DNA of 55,517 nucleotides from Geobacter sp. (GTDB taxonomy: Bacteria > Desulfobacterota > Desulfuromonadia > Geobacterales > DSM-12255). Within the stretch, counting starts at the first letter, position 1; the number at the start of each line of letters is the position of its first letter. Shown here piece after piece: positions 8,763 through 18,164 of this stretch. The stretch lies in contig JACRPV010000033.1 of the NCBI GenBank assembly GCA_016223015.1, positions 1 through 55,517 of the forward strand, given 5' to 3'. The position numbers and the translations under genes are program-made. The notes beneath the pieces were generated by a model. The model worked only from the letters and a program-made list of their open reading frames with translations. It did not search any database and had not been told where the DNA came from.

Positions 8763-10343
8763 CTACTTGCTGCTTTCCAGCCAGTTTTTGATAACCTGAG
8801 AAGCCTGGTAGGGCTCGGTTTTGATCTTCTCGATCAATTCCACCTGGCTGGCCGCCTGACTGGAAAGCTGCTGTTTCTGAGCCTGGATCATCTGCTTGAT
8901 CTGCTCCTCAGGGGATTCCAATGGTTCAAACGTTGTTGTCGCTACTCCTCTGCCGATGGACTTGAGCAACGGCCGAATAACGAGGAACAGGAGAGCAAAA
9001 AACCCTATGCCAATGAGCAGATTCTTGATCAGTGCCAGGAATATGGGGGCATTCCACCAAGGTTCCTTGTCAGCTGTACCGCTTTCTTCCGTCTCCTGGA
9101 ACGGGATATTGGCAACGGTTACCTGATCTCCGCGCTCGGTATTGAAACCTACGGAACTCTTCACCAGAGCCTCAATCTTTTGCAGCTCATCGGGGGATCG
9201 CGGAGTATATTTCGCCTTTGCCGCAGCTCCATCCTTCCCTGTAGCACCGGGCTCATACTTGCCGTCCACCAGGATCGCCACTGATACCTTGGCCAGCGTC
9301 CCTACCGGCTCGATGGTCCGTGCAGTGGACCGACTCACTTCGTAGTTGAGGGTTTCGTCGCTCTTCGAACTGCCGCCAGCAGCCTGCTGGGGAGCGCCCT
9401 GGGTGCGACCGAGGTTTGTCTGCACTCCGGGGACTCCCGCCAACGAACCGCCCGCACCTTTCTCCTCACTGCGCTGCTCGCTGCGAACTGCTGCTGCTTC
9501 CGGATCGTAGCGCTCCTCGAATTTCTCAACCTGCTTGAAGTTGAATGTCGCCGAAACCCTGGCAACTGATTTGCCGCTCCCCACAACCTTGTCAAGCAGT
9601 GACTGGAGCCGTTCTTCTGTTGCCCGTTCGAATGTCCGCTGCGTCTCCTGCATGGAACTGGTCAGCTTTGTGGTGGGATCCTGGGCACCGGAGCGGCTCA
9701 GGAGTTTCCCCTTGCCATCGAGAACCGTCACGTGGTCAGTATCCAGGCCTTCTACCGACGCAGCCACAAGGTGAACGATCCCCTGGACATCACTGTCCTT
9801 CAAGGTCCGATTGCCTTTTAGCTTGAGGACGATGGAGGCGGTTGGCGGCTTCTCGGCCTCCTTGAAGAGGCTCTTCTCGGGGATGACCAGATGGACTCGT
9901 GCCTGTTCGACTCCCGCAAGTTGCGAAATAGTGCGCGAAAGCTCCCCCTGCATGGCTCGCTGATAGTTGAGCTTCTGCACGAATTCGGTCATGCCGAAGT
10001 TTTTGCGATCGAATATCTCGTACCCAACTCCTCCACCCTGCGGAAGACCTTCTGATGCCAGCGAAAGTCGCAAGTCATACACCTTGTCGACAGGCACCAG
10101 GATCGCCTTGCCGTCTGCGGCAATACGGTAGGGGACCTTCTGCTCCTTCAGTTTCTTGACGATCTCGCCCGCATCCTCACTTGTGAGGTTGGCAAAAAGC
10201 GGTCGATAGTCTGTCCGGTTGGCAACGACGATAAGGACAGTGAAGGCAGCGAGGGAAAGGGCGACGACACCCCCAACCAGCCAGCGTTTGCCAGGGGTCA
10301 GTGCGAGAAATGGCTCAAGAATTTTTTTCAGGCTATCCTGCAT
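8763..10343 (-). CDS. fliF: Flagellar M-ring protein FliF
   Basis: Two TM segments, GYEIFD, QRAMQGELSRTI, ARVHLVIP. Confidence 0.98.
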   Translation of the reverse strand: MQDSLKKILEPFLALTPGKRWLVGGVVALSLAAFTVLIVVANRTDYRPLFANLTSEDAGEIVKKLKEQKVPYRIAADGKAILVPVDKVYDLRLSLASEGLPQGGGVGYEIFDRKNFGMTEFVQKLNYQRAMQGELSRTISQLAGVEQARVHLVIPEKSLFKEAEKPPTASIVLKLKGNRTLKDSDVQGIVHLVAASVEGLDTDHVTVLDGKGKLLSRSGAQDPTTKLTSSMQETQRTFERATEERLQSLLDKVVGSGKSVARVSATFNFKQVEKFEERYDPEAAAVRSEQRSEEKGAGGSLAGVPGVQTNLGRTQGAPQQAAGGSSKSDETLNYEVSRSTARTIEPVGTLAKVSVAILVDGKYEPGATGKDGAAAKAKYTPRSPDELQKIEALVKSSVGFNTERGDQVTVANIPFQETEESGTADKEPWWNAPIFLALIKNLLIGIGFFALLFLVIRPLLKSIGRGVATTTFEPLESPEEQIKQMIQAQKQQLSSQAASQVELIEKIKTEPYQASQVIKNWLESSK

Positions 10344-10398
10344 GCATTATCCTACGTGATTAAGTTCAGCAAACTGCCAGGTTTCCTTTGACAACAGG

Positions 10399-10704
10399 TT
10401 AAACCGGCATCCGCATGATTTCTTGATAGGCCTCTACTGCCTTGTTGCGGACCTGGGTGATAAACTGGAACGAGACGCTGGCCTTTTCCATGGCGATCAT
10501 GACTTCATGAAGAGCTTTTGTCTCCCCTGTAGCAAGTTGCTGAATTGCCTTGTCAGATGCCATTTGGGAACTGTTGACCTTGTCGATCATTTCACCTAGG
10601 TATTTGCTGAAACCCTCTACAGGAGCAGCTGATTTCGCTCCACCAGGGGAAGGAAACGCCCCCGATATACCGAATCCACTCTCAATTCCCTTGATATCCA
10701 TCAT
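10399..10704 (-). CDS. fliE: Hook-basal body protein FliE
   Basis: LHEVMIAMEKA...QVRNKAVEAYQEIMRMPV. Confidence 0.97.
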   Translation of the reverse strand: MMDIKGIESGFGISGAFPSPGGAKSAAPVEGFSKYLGEMIDKVNSSQMASDKAIQQLATGETKALHEVMIAMEKASVSFQFITQVRNKAVEAYQEIMRMPV

Positions 10705-10749
10705 TCCTCCTCACAATCGGAGCCTTACCTCAAGCAGGGCTGCAGCCGG

Positions 10750-11190
10750 TTATTTCCCAATCTCCAAGGTTTTCATTGCCATACTCTTGGTGGCCTGAAC
10801 CGCGGTCACGTTTGCTTCGTAGGTGCGGCTGGAAGCAATCATGTCGGCCATTTCCTCCACTACATTGACATTCGGGAAGGCCACATACCCCTGGGCATCC
10901 GCATCGGGGTGCGAAGGATCGTATTGCAGACGAGGCGGATTCTGATCTTCTACGATCTGAACCACCTGTACCCCCTGCCCTCCTTTTTGCGCAGCCCTTT
11001 CCAAGGCGGCACCAAATGAGCCGGTTTGAGGCTGAGCCGTCGCGAATACAGCATCTTTTCGCTTGTAAGGCCCCCCTTCGGCAGTCCGCGTGCTGTTGGC
11101 ATTGGCCAGGTTGCTGGAAATCAGGTTCATTCGAGTCCGTTCAGCAGTCAATGCTGAAGAACTGATGTCCATTGACGAAAAGAAATCCAT
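10750..11190 (-). CDS. flgC: Basal-body rod protein FlgC
   Basis: SSNLANANST, GPYKRK, YDPSHPDAD, NVNVVEEM. Confidence 0.98.
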   Translation of the reverse strand: MDFFSSMDISSSALTAERTRMNLISSNLANANSTRTAEGGPYKRKDAVFATAQPQTGSFGAALERAAQKGGQGVQVVQIVEDQNPPRLQYDPSHPDADAQGYVAFPNVNVVEEMADMIASSRTYEANVTAVQATKSMAMKTLEIGK

Positions 11191-11211
11191 TTGCTCCTCC
11201 TCTTACTGCTG

Positions 11212-11643
11212 CTACTGCCCTTTAATAGCCAATTTCAGCCCTTCGAATTTCTTATTGAGCATCTGCACAGATGCATTAAACATAATCTGGTTGGACGCCA
11301 GGCTTCCCATTTCCTGCTCCATTTCCACGGCATTGCCGTCACGCCCGGGAATGGCCGCAGGAGTCTGAATAACCGTACCATGGACTTCCGATACGCCTCC
11401 AGCCATCCCCTTCAAGGGAATATGGCGGGGATTGGTGAGGCTGCCCGTAGCTCCATTTTTGTTGTTTGATTGGGATTTGAGGGCATCTCGCAATTCTCCC
11501 TCAAATGAAAGTGTAGAAGGGACATAATTCGGCGTCTCGGCATTGGCGAGATTCGCTGATATCTGATTATGGTTTTTTGCCCGGAGATCGATATTTTTGC
11601 TCAGTAATTCAATGGTCGACCCGAAAATTCCATCAATCGGCAT
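11212..11643 (-). CDS. flgB: Basal-body rod protein FlgB
   Basis: SANLANAETPNY, DGNAVEMEQEM. Confidence 0.97.
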   Translation of the reverse strand: MPIDGIFGSTIELLSKNIDLRAKNHNQISANLANAETPNYVPSTLSFEGELRDALKSQSNNKNGATGSLTNPRHIPLKGMAGGVSEVHGTVIQTPAAIPGRDGNAVEMEQEMGSLASNQIMFNASVQMLNKKFEGLKLAIKGQ

Positions 11644-11675
11644 AGCACACCCCCTCGTGTCAATGCCTATGAGCT

Positions 11676-11707
11676 AAAACAAACGGGCCACCCCGAAGGA
11701 TGGCCCG
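11676..11707 (-). terminator. Intrinsic terminator between the TPR gene and flgB
   Basis: CGGGCCAUCC-UUCG-GGGUGGCCCG followed by UUUGUUUU. Confidence 0.75.
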
Positions 11708-11709
11708 AA

Positions 11710-11740
11710 TACCATTTTTGACAAATGCCATTTTTTTGAC
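11710..11740. promoter_or_regulatory. Tandem GTCAAAAA(AA)TGGYA boxes, candidate FleQ/FgrM-type enhancer-binding sites for flgB
   Basis: Minus strand GTCAAAAAAATGGCA-tt-TGTCAAAAATGGTA resembles the GTCA-A-tract-TGAC boxes of flagellar sigma-54 activators. Confidence 0.45.
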
Positions 11741-11745
11741 TCATC

Positions 11746-13839
11746 TCAGAGGCGGGCCCCGGTCCGCTCTCTCCATTCCAGATCGGCCATTGCCTGAGAC
11801 GCAAGTTTTTGCCAAACTGCATCGCTCCCCTCTTTGAGAATCTTGTCCCAATAACCTTTTGCTTCGATATTCCGCCCCTCCCGAAGACAGATATCCCCTA
11901 TTCGATAGAGGAATCGATCGCGTCCGTCGGGTGCAGCCAGGGAAAGCCCAGTCCGGTATGCTTCGAGCGCCTTTGAGATGTTCCCTGCGCCATGAAAAGC
12001 CGATGCTGCGACAAAGTATGCGTCGGCGACAAGAGGCGAAGCAGCCTTTCTTTGCCCCATCTCTTCGATAAACTGCTCCATTGCCCGACCGGCCAGTCTC
12101 GACTGTTTTTCAGCCTCGAGGGATTTCCCCAGATAGTAATAACTTTCAGGGAAAGCGGCCTTTGTCTTTGCGTCCTGCAGCCACGCCAGCTCTTCGCGAA
12201 CCCCTGTCAAATTCCCCTTGCGATATTCGATATCCCCCAGAATTTCTCGAACCCTTGAGGTATCCGCCGTAGCCGGAAAATGCTGCAGGTACTCCCGGGC
12301 TGTACTCTCAGCCGTCTTCCAGTCTGCCAGGGCGAGGGCATTGCCAATCATGCGATTATACATATATGGCGCATGGGAAGACGCCCATTCTCGGCGCACC
12401 AGCCTGGCAAATAGATGCAGTTCGCCCTGTAATTGTCCTAAGTCTGTATATGCCTTGTCGAGATCCCGAATAAAGTTCTGATCGGAAAGACATTTCTCCA
12501 GATATGAGACATGCCCTTCTGCTACATCTATAAGGGTCCCGTCATCATGTGCCGCCACTAAATCGCGGTAGACCACTGGCAGGATATCTTCATGCATGGA
12601 ATGCGCAATGCTGGCAAAAATGCCTCGTGGGTAGCGCTTTTCATAACTTGACACGGCAGAGAGTGCTTCCATGCTGGGACTGAAGAGTGCATCGAGCAGG
12701 GTTGCCTTGAATAATGCCTCTTCCCGTACGAGGAAGTCGCTTGATCCCTGGGCAATCCTCCGGTAATCGTCCCGAAGGGGAGTGTATTCGACACCATCAA
12801 CAGTGAGAAAACTCCGGTCGGCCAACTTGAGAGCAGCATGACTGGCAGCCTTGTTTTCCGGGAAATATTTTACAACGGTGCGGTAAAGCACAACAGCTTC
12901 AATATCTCGTTTTTGCCGTGCAAGGATATCTGCCAGACGCACCATCAGGATGGGAGCGGTCTTTTTTTCTGCATTACTGGCAATCAAACGGGCAAGCAGT
13001 TTTCTTCCCGCAGGGAGATCGCCATTTCTCACCAGGGTGTCTGCATAATAATAAGCAGTTCCGGGACTTAACTGCAGAAACTGAGGCCAGAGGCGCTCCC
13101 CCTCGCGAAAAAGCTGAAGGGCTCGCGAATAGTCTTGCAGGAGGTAGCGGGCTTCACCGGCGCGAAAAGCTGCCAAAGAGCGGACAGTCGACTCTTTACC
13201 CAGAAAGGTTTCGAATATCTGACTGGCTTCAGCTGCAACTCCTTTGTAAAGGGCAGCTTCACCCAACAGAAACAGCCTCGCTTCCTGATCGTTCAATTGC
13301 CCGCGAAGCGCCTGACTGTCGGTTGGAACAAACGGGAGGTCAGACTTGAGCACCGGGTCGTACTCGCTGATGAACCTGCCTGCACCATTCCATATGGATT
13401 CGCGCCCTTCCGGAAGAGATGGAGCAGTCCTTACTTTTTGGAATGACGGGCCGATATCCAGGGTCAAAACCTCGCCGCATCCATCCAGAACCCGCATCCC
13501 TTCAGTTCCATTTTTCAGTGTAATGGTTACAAGCAGAGTTTCTCCACGTTGGGAAACCCAGATACCGCCAATGTGCCGGTCGGCATAGCTGCGAAGCCGA
13601 CGGAAAAGTGGTCCATTGCTGTTATCGAGGGTAAGTCTGACGCGCTGGGAAGATAGCTCTGTGAAGGTGTGATCCGTTTGGCGGTCTAACTGAAAGACAA
13701 GTCGAGTGAATTCCGCATGCGGGCGGATATCAATCCTGCGTAGCCGGGAAGGTATTTCTGCATGTGCATCGGTAATTGCAAAAAGTAGTGGGGCAAGCAG
13801 GCTACTGATCAGTATTGATGCTATCAAGAACCGGTGCAT
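11746..13839 (-). CDS. Exported AMIN-like plus TPR-repeat protein associated with the flagellar operon
   Basis: Signal peptide MHRFLIASIL...DAHA, then an AMIN-like beta region (IDIRPHAEFTRLVFQLD) and many TPR helix pairs. Confidence 0.85.
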   Translation of the reverse strand: MHRFLIASILISSLLAPLLFAITDAHAEIPSRLRRIDIRPHAEFTRLVFQLDRQTDHTFTELSSQRVRLTLDNSNGPLFRRLRSYADRHIGGIWVSQRGETLLVTITLKNGTEGMRVLDGCGEVLTLDIGPSFQKVRTAPSLPEGRESIWNGAGRFISEYDPVLKSDLPFVPTDSQALRGQLNDQEARLFLLGEAALYKGVAAEASQIFETFLGKESTVRSLAAFRAGEARYLLQDYSRALQLFREGERLWPQFLQLSPGTAYYYADTLVRNGDLPAGRKLLARLIASNAEKKTAPILMVRLADILARQKRDIEAVVLYRTVVKYFPENKAASHAALKLADRSFLTVDGVEYTPLRDDYRRIAQGSSDFLVREEALFKATLLDALFSPSMEALSAVSSYEKRYPRGIFASIAHSMHEDILPVVYRDLVAAHDDGTLIDVAEGHVSYLEKCLSDQNFIRDLDKAYTDLGQLQGELHLFARLVRREWASSHAPYMYNRMIGNALALADWKTAESTAREYLQHFPATADTSRVREILGDIEYRKGNLTGVREELAWLQDAKTKAAFPESYYYLGKSLEAEKQSRLAGRAMEQFIEEMGQRKAASPLVADAYFVAASAFHGAGNISKALEAYRTGLSLAAPDGRDRFLYRIGDICLREGRNIEAKGYWDKILKEGSDAVWQKLASQAMADLEWRERTGARL

Positions 13840-13981
13840 GAACAAGACACACCAGGCGCATTCTATCTCAATGGGTCTCTCAACGGTTCTATTTTTGTTA
13901 CATGTAATGTGTACAGCACTAAACATGGGCAATGTACCGCAGATTGTACCTTGATATGTAATTGATCACTCAACCCGGACA

Positions 13982-15019
13982 TTATGCTGCTTTGAGAAAT
14001 TTGGTTACTTTGCTTACCAGCTCATTGGCATCATACGGTTTAAGGATAATCTCCTTGGCCCCATATTTGAGAGCCTTCAATACCCCGGTGCGGGTCCACT
14101 GGGAGGCACACATGATTATCGGCAGCGGGGATCCCTGGCGCATGGCGTTGATCTTGATACAAAGTGCCAATTCCCTGTCTTCGGTGTCAGCGACGCCAAT
14201 GACGGCAACCTCGGCATCGTTATTGGCAAAGAGCTCACGAATGTCTGCCTTGAGCGGTGCATCTACCACCGACCATCCAGCGGCACTCAGATACTGTTTC
14301 AAGCTTTCACGTGCAAGCTCATCGTCTTCCAGCACCAGAATTGTTTTGCTACCTACATTGATGGTAGCTGGCTTCTCTCCCGCAACAACATCCGAAAGCC
14401 CATCCCCAGTTTCTGCGATTTCAGCTTGCTCAGGCTCGGCAGCAGGGGGTTCGATGAGATGCGCCAAAGAAACCGGCATAAGGATGTCGAGACGGTCCAT
14501 CTCGACACCATCCATATTCATCTGGGAACGAAACAGAACGTATTCGTCATTGAGAATAGGTTCGTCATCAGACATTTCATCAATGCCGGGGATGAATTTC
14601 TTGGGAGCATTGAGTTTCAGATGGATTTTCTCGGGGAGACTCGATTTGAAAACCGAGTTGAACGAACCGATGACCTGGTTCATGATCTCGCCAAAGGCAT
14701 CGACGTCGTCTGCCTCCATGATGGCAAGTTTCCGTTTTTCTGAGATCCTGGGCAGAGGTATCCCCAACAAGAGGCCACTCAGGAGAATGGCATCACGCAG
14801 GGAAAATATCATGTAGAACTGTCCGGGATATTCCTCTCGCGTTTCGACACTGGCAACAAATATGGCATCTTCCATGCCGGAAAAATAGCTTATTTTATTG
14901 GTATTTAAACTATCATTCTCATCGACTTTCAATTGCTGGCCAAGCAGCATGCTGCTTTCTTCACCCGTCTGAACGAGGGCAGCGTCGATCATTTCTTTGA
15001 GTTTAATACTCTTTGCCAT
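13982..15019 (-). CDS. CheC/CheX-like phosphatase domain fused to an atypical C-terminal receiver domain
   Basis: DAFGEIMNQVIGS (ExxN motif). REC part has ILVLEDD and IILKPY; the phospho-Asp position reads AVIGV. Confidence 0.8.
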   Translation of the reverse strand: MAKSIKLKEMIDAALVQTGEESSMLLGQQLKVDENDSLNTNKISYFSGMEDAIFVASVETREEYPGQFYMIFSLRDAILLSGLLLGIPLPRISEKRKLAIMEADDVDAFGEIMNQVIGSFNSVFKSSLPEKIHLKLNAPKKFIPGIDEMSDDEPILNDEYVLFRSQMNMDGVEMDRLDILMPVSLAHLIEPPAAEPEQAEIAETGDGLSDVVAGEKPATINVGSKTILVLEDDELARESLKQYLSAAGWSVVDAPLKADIRELFANNDAEVAVIGVADTEDRELALCIKINAMRQGSPLPIIMCASQWTRTGVLKALKYGAKEIILKPYDANELVSKVTKFLKAA

Positions 15020-15037
15020 GTCAAATTTGCCTTGTCT

Positions 15038-15544
15038 CTAGTTTTCCTTGCTGAGTTTGAGACCAACCAGAAATCGATCAGATTCATGAGTAAAGGGAAT
15101 GATCACGCAATCACTGTCAGTCATGGCATTGATTGTATATTCTTCTCCGGAAATCACCGTTGGGATGGAAAGGCTTATGTCGAGCCCTCCCTTGGAGAGG
15201 ATCTGCTTCACGTATCCACCCAGCATGTTGGCAATTTCACCCAGAGCATCGTTGACATCCTCTCCGACCTCATCAACAACCATTCCCAGCATGTTTGAAG
15301 TTATGCAGAGTGCCAGGGGGCGTGGACAGTGTATGGAAAGTATGCCCGTGTAGGTACCGGCAAGTCCAACCATGCCGGTAATGCTGCACTGAAATTTGGT
15401 GACCGGCTCGCGTAACGGGAAACAGTCCTGCACGTCCATCATCACCATGGTACCAAAGACCTCTTTCGTAGCATGGATCACGTAACCACGCAGGTCCTCT
15501 TCCTGCAAATTGGCCGACTGTGAAACAGCCGTGTTCAGCGTCAT
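15038..15544 (-). CDS. cheX: Chemotaxis phosphatase CheX
   Basis: ITGMVGLAG, DALGEIANMLGG, LSIPTVISG. Confidence 0.93.
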   Translation of the reverse strand: MTLNTAVSQSANLQEEDLRGYVIHATKEVFGTMVMMDVQDCFPLREPVTKFQCSITGMVGLAGTYTGILSIHCPRPLALCITSNMLGMVVDEVGEDVNDALGEIANMLGGYVKQILSKGGLDISLSIPTVISGEEYTINAMTDSDCVIIPFTHESDRFLVGLKLSKEN

Positions 15545-15903
15545 AAAAGGCCTCCGAGTTTCTCATTAAGCTGCTCGGGAGTAAAAGGTTTTTTGATACT
15601 GTCGCTGGCACCATTATTCATGGCCTCGCGGAGGATGTCTTCTCCCCCTTCGGTCGTGATCATTACTATGGGGACTTTGTTGCCATTAGCTCTCACTTGT
15701 TTGATAAATTCCAAACCATCCATGTTCGGCATGTTGATATCGGAAAGGATCAGGTCGACCTTATTGCTCGTAAGGGAATTCAGTCCTTCAATGCCGTCGC
15801 CTGCTTCGAATATGTCATCCACAGCAAGGCCTGCCTGTCGCAGAGAACGCGATATGATTTTCCTCATGGTAGATGAATCGTCGACAATCAGAACGTTTGC
15901 CAT
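15541..15903 (-). CDS. cheY: CheY-like single-domain response regulator
   Basis: VLIVDDS, ILSDINMPNMDG, MITTE, KKPFT. Confidence 0.92.
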   Translation of the reverse strand: MANVLIVDDSSTMRKIISRSLRQAGLAVDDIFEAGDGIEGLNSLTSNKVDLILSDINMPNMDGLEFIKQVRANGNKVPIVMITTEGGEDILREAMNNGASDSIKKPFTPEQLNEKLGGLL

Positions 15904-15985
15904 GTCAATGCTCCTCCTTTGGCGTAATGGGGTATGTAAGTATCGTTGTCACTAAATTTGTGTTACCCAGGGTTCAGAACGTAAG

Positions 15986-16234
15986 TTAGGAATTCAGGAC
16001 CTGCCGCAACGCAGCGACGTTTCGGGCCAGTCGCGAGAACTCATTGCTGGCACTGATGCATCGATCTGCCATTTCAGCAAGCCCAACCATTCCGGGAGCA
16101 TTCCGTCCACTCTCTTCCTGGGGTTCGTGGTAACGGATCAAAAGATCCATTGCCTGAAGATTCGACTTGTCTACAGTGTCTTCCATTGTCTTGTACTCTG
16201 CAATATCGGCTTCACTACCAGGCAGCTGTCTCAT
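15986..16234 (-). CDS. Small hypothetical protein (82 aa) resembling a degenerate MCP signalling-tip hairpin
   Basis: Strong GGAGGAG RBS before the ATG at 16234. KSNLQAMDLLIR...LAEMADRCISASNEF aligns gaplessly by eye with [15 protein letters not shown]...VRKLAERTAESTKEI. Confidence 0.65.
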   Translation of the reverse strand: MRQLPGSEADIAEYKTMEDTVDKSNLQAMDLLIRYHEPQEESGRNAPGMVGLAEMADRCISASNEFSRLARNVAALRQVLNS

Positions 16235-16289
16235 AATCTCCTCCTCCATCCACAATAACTCAATATTCAGGCAATCTGTGCTGACATCC

Positions 16290-16697
16290 CTATACCACAC
16301 CTTTATCGTTCAGAAATGGTCCGTATTTTTTATCATTTCCCTGTATATGCTTTATCAACCAGTCCCGTAAAAAATTCATGACATTTTGGGTCAGTGGCAT
16401 TTTCCCGGCATCCATCTCTTTCTTGATATTGCCGACCTGTGCAACCAGCTGAGTGTGCTCGTTTTTATGGGTTTCGTAATCAGGATAGCCATGGAGCTTC
16501 ATCAATTGCTCTTCCGTGGAAAAATGAGTCTGGGTATAGGTTATCAGCGACTTCAATACCGGCCCAATCACTTCGCTCCCCTTGCCAACTTTCATGGCGT
16601 CGTAAAGTTGATTGATCATGTCGATTAATTTCATGTGCTGATCATCCAACTGCTTAACCCTGACACTGTAGCTGTCATTCCATGTAAGTAACGCCAT
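16290..16697 (-). CDS. Bacteriohemerythrin (single domain)
   Basis: W..SYSV...LDDQH, HFSTEE, HKNEH, WLIKHIQGND iron-ligand pattern. AGGAGG RBS. Confidence 0.95.
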   Translation of the reverse strand: MALLTWNDSYSVRVKQLDDQHMKLIDMINQLYDAMKVGKGSEVIGPVLKSLITYTQTHFSTEEQLMKLHGYPDYETHKNEHTQLVAQVGNIKKEMDAGKMPLTQNVMNFLRDWLIKHIQGNDKKYGPFLNDKGVV

Positions 16698-16733
16698 CCC
16701 GATCCATCCTCCTTGATTTAGGTATATGCTTTT

Positions 16734-16760
16734 CATTCGGCAGCATAGGTTAAAACTTTA
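16734..16760 (-). promoter_or_regulatory. Sigma-28 (FliA) promoter upstream of the hemerythrin gene
   Basis: TAAAGTTT-N11-GCCGAATG versus consensus TAAAGTTT-N11-GCCGATAA. Confidence 0.75.
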
Positions 16761-16896
16761 GACCATCCAACTCACTGCAACGGAGATTGTGTAATAGTTT
16801 CCGGGCTTTTCTGAAAAAGCAAACTCTGTACCATCTTCGGGTCACAGTGGCAGCGGAACATTACTTACACAACACCAAGCTGCAGGGCAAAGAGAA

Positions 16897-17976
16897 TTAT
16901 CCTCCTGAATCCACAGGAAGCCTGACAATGAAATGACTTCCAGCGCCTTCACTGCTGGCAACCTCAATGTTCCCACCGTGTTCCTCGATAATTGCCTTGC
17001 TTATGGTAAGCCCCAACCCGGTACCTTTATATCCCTTTGCCTGAGTCGATCTAAAATACTTGGTGAATATCCTTTCCCGATCTCTGGCAGAAATGCCGAT
17101 GCCGCTGTCACTGACCGTAATCAGCACTGCAACTCCCTCAACAGTGACACTCACGCGCACCGTTCCTCCGCATCCAGTAAATTTAATCGCATTGCCGATA
17201 AGATTGGCAAAGACCCTTTTCAACTGTTTGCCGTCGGCATTGATCATCGGAATACCCGGTGCAATGAAATAGGTAAAGTCAAGGCCATGGGCCTCAGCAT
17301 CCCTGGCGTGCTCCTGACAGCACTCCTCCATGAGTTCTGTCAAATTGCACGATTCACTCTGAATCTGCATAAGCCCCATATCAAGTCGGTAAGAATCCAG
17401 TATATCTTCGATCATTCCCAGTAACCGTCTGCCATTCCGCTCGATTTCCGAGAAATACTGCTGTGCCTGTTCACCCTGTTGCCCATCCGCGTCATTTTTC
17501 AAGGCATCAAGATACCCGAACATGACGGTAAGGGGTGACTTGAGATCGTGAGTCATGGCTGCCACGAATTCATCGCTCCGGCGGCGCTCCTGACGTTCCG
17601 TTGAAATATCCCGCAACTCAAACATATCTCCGATACAGGAACCGTCGCCGCACAGCACCGATGTTGCCTTGGCCTGGATCACCAGACCATTTATTGCCAT
17701 CTCAATCGGGATATCGCGACAGTTTTCACTCAGCACCTTATAGATAGCTGTACGTAACGGCAGCATATACACACACTTACCAATGACCGCATCTCTTCCA
17801 ACCTGCAGGATCTGCTCTGCTTTGTGGTTCAGGTAGCGAACCACACCTTCTCCATCAACGAGAACAATCCCGACGGAAAGGTTTTCCACCAAAGGATCTG
17901 TTGAGATGGCGGCAAAATGCGCTTCAACGTGCCTGCTCATATGCCGCATATCATGCTCTAACCGTGCGTATTCCAT
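16897..17976 (-). CDS. Cytoplasmic PAS sensor histidine kinase
   Basis: PAS domain, H-box THDLKSPL, N-box NLIGNAIKF, DSGIG, GTGLGL. No TM segment and no adjacent cognate regulator. Confidence 0.93.
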   Translation of the reverse strand: MEYARLEHDMRHMSRHVEAHFAAISTDPLVENLSVGIVLVDGEGVVRYLNHKAEQILQVGRDAVIGKCVYMLPLRTAIYKVLSENCRDIPIEMAINGLVIQAKATSVLCGDGSCIGDMFELRDISTERQERRRSDEFVAAMTHDLKSPLTVMFGYLDALKNDADGQQGEQAQQYFSEIERNGRRLLGMIEDILDSYRLDMGLMQIQSESCNLTELMEECCQEHARDAEAHGLDFTYFIAPGIPMINADGKQLKRVFANLIGNAIKFTGCGGTVRVSVTVEGVAVLITVSDSGIGISARDRERIFTKYFRSTQAKGYKGTGLGLTISKAIIEEHGGNIEVASSEGAGSHFIVRLPVDSGG

Positions 17977-18164
17977 ACTCTCTCGTATCGGGAAGGCAAG
18001 CGTGCGACTTGAGGAAAAGTTTCCATGTTTACGTGCTCATGCCTGCCCTGCACTGTCGCAAGATCTCTATTATTCAATAACATACCGAGCGCACTGATTT
18101 GACGTTGCTCCATTGCCATGGTAAAGATGTATGGATATGCTGATCCGACCCCTGTGAGGCACCC

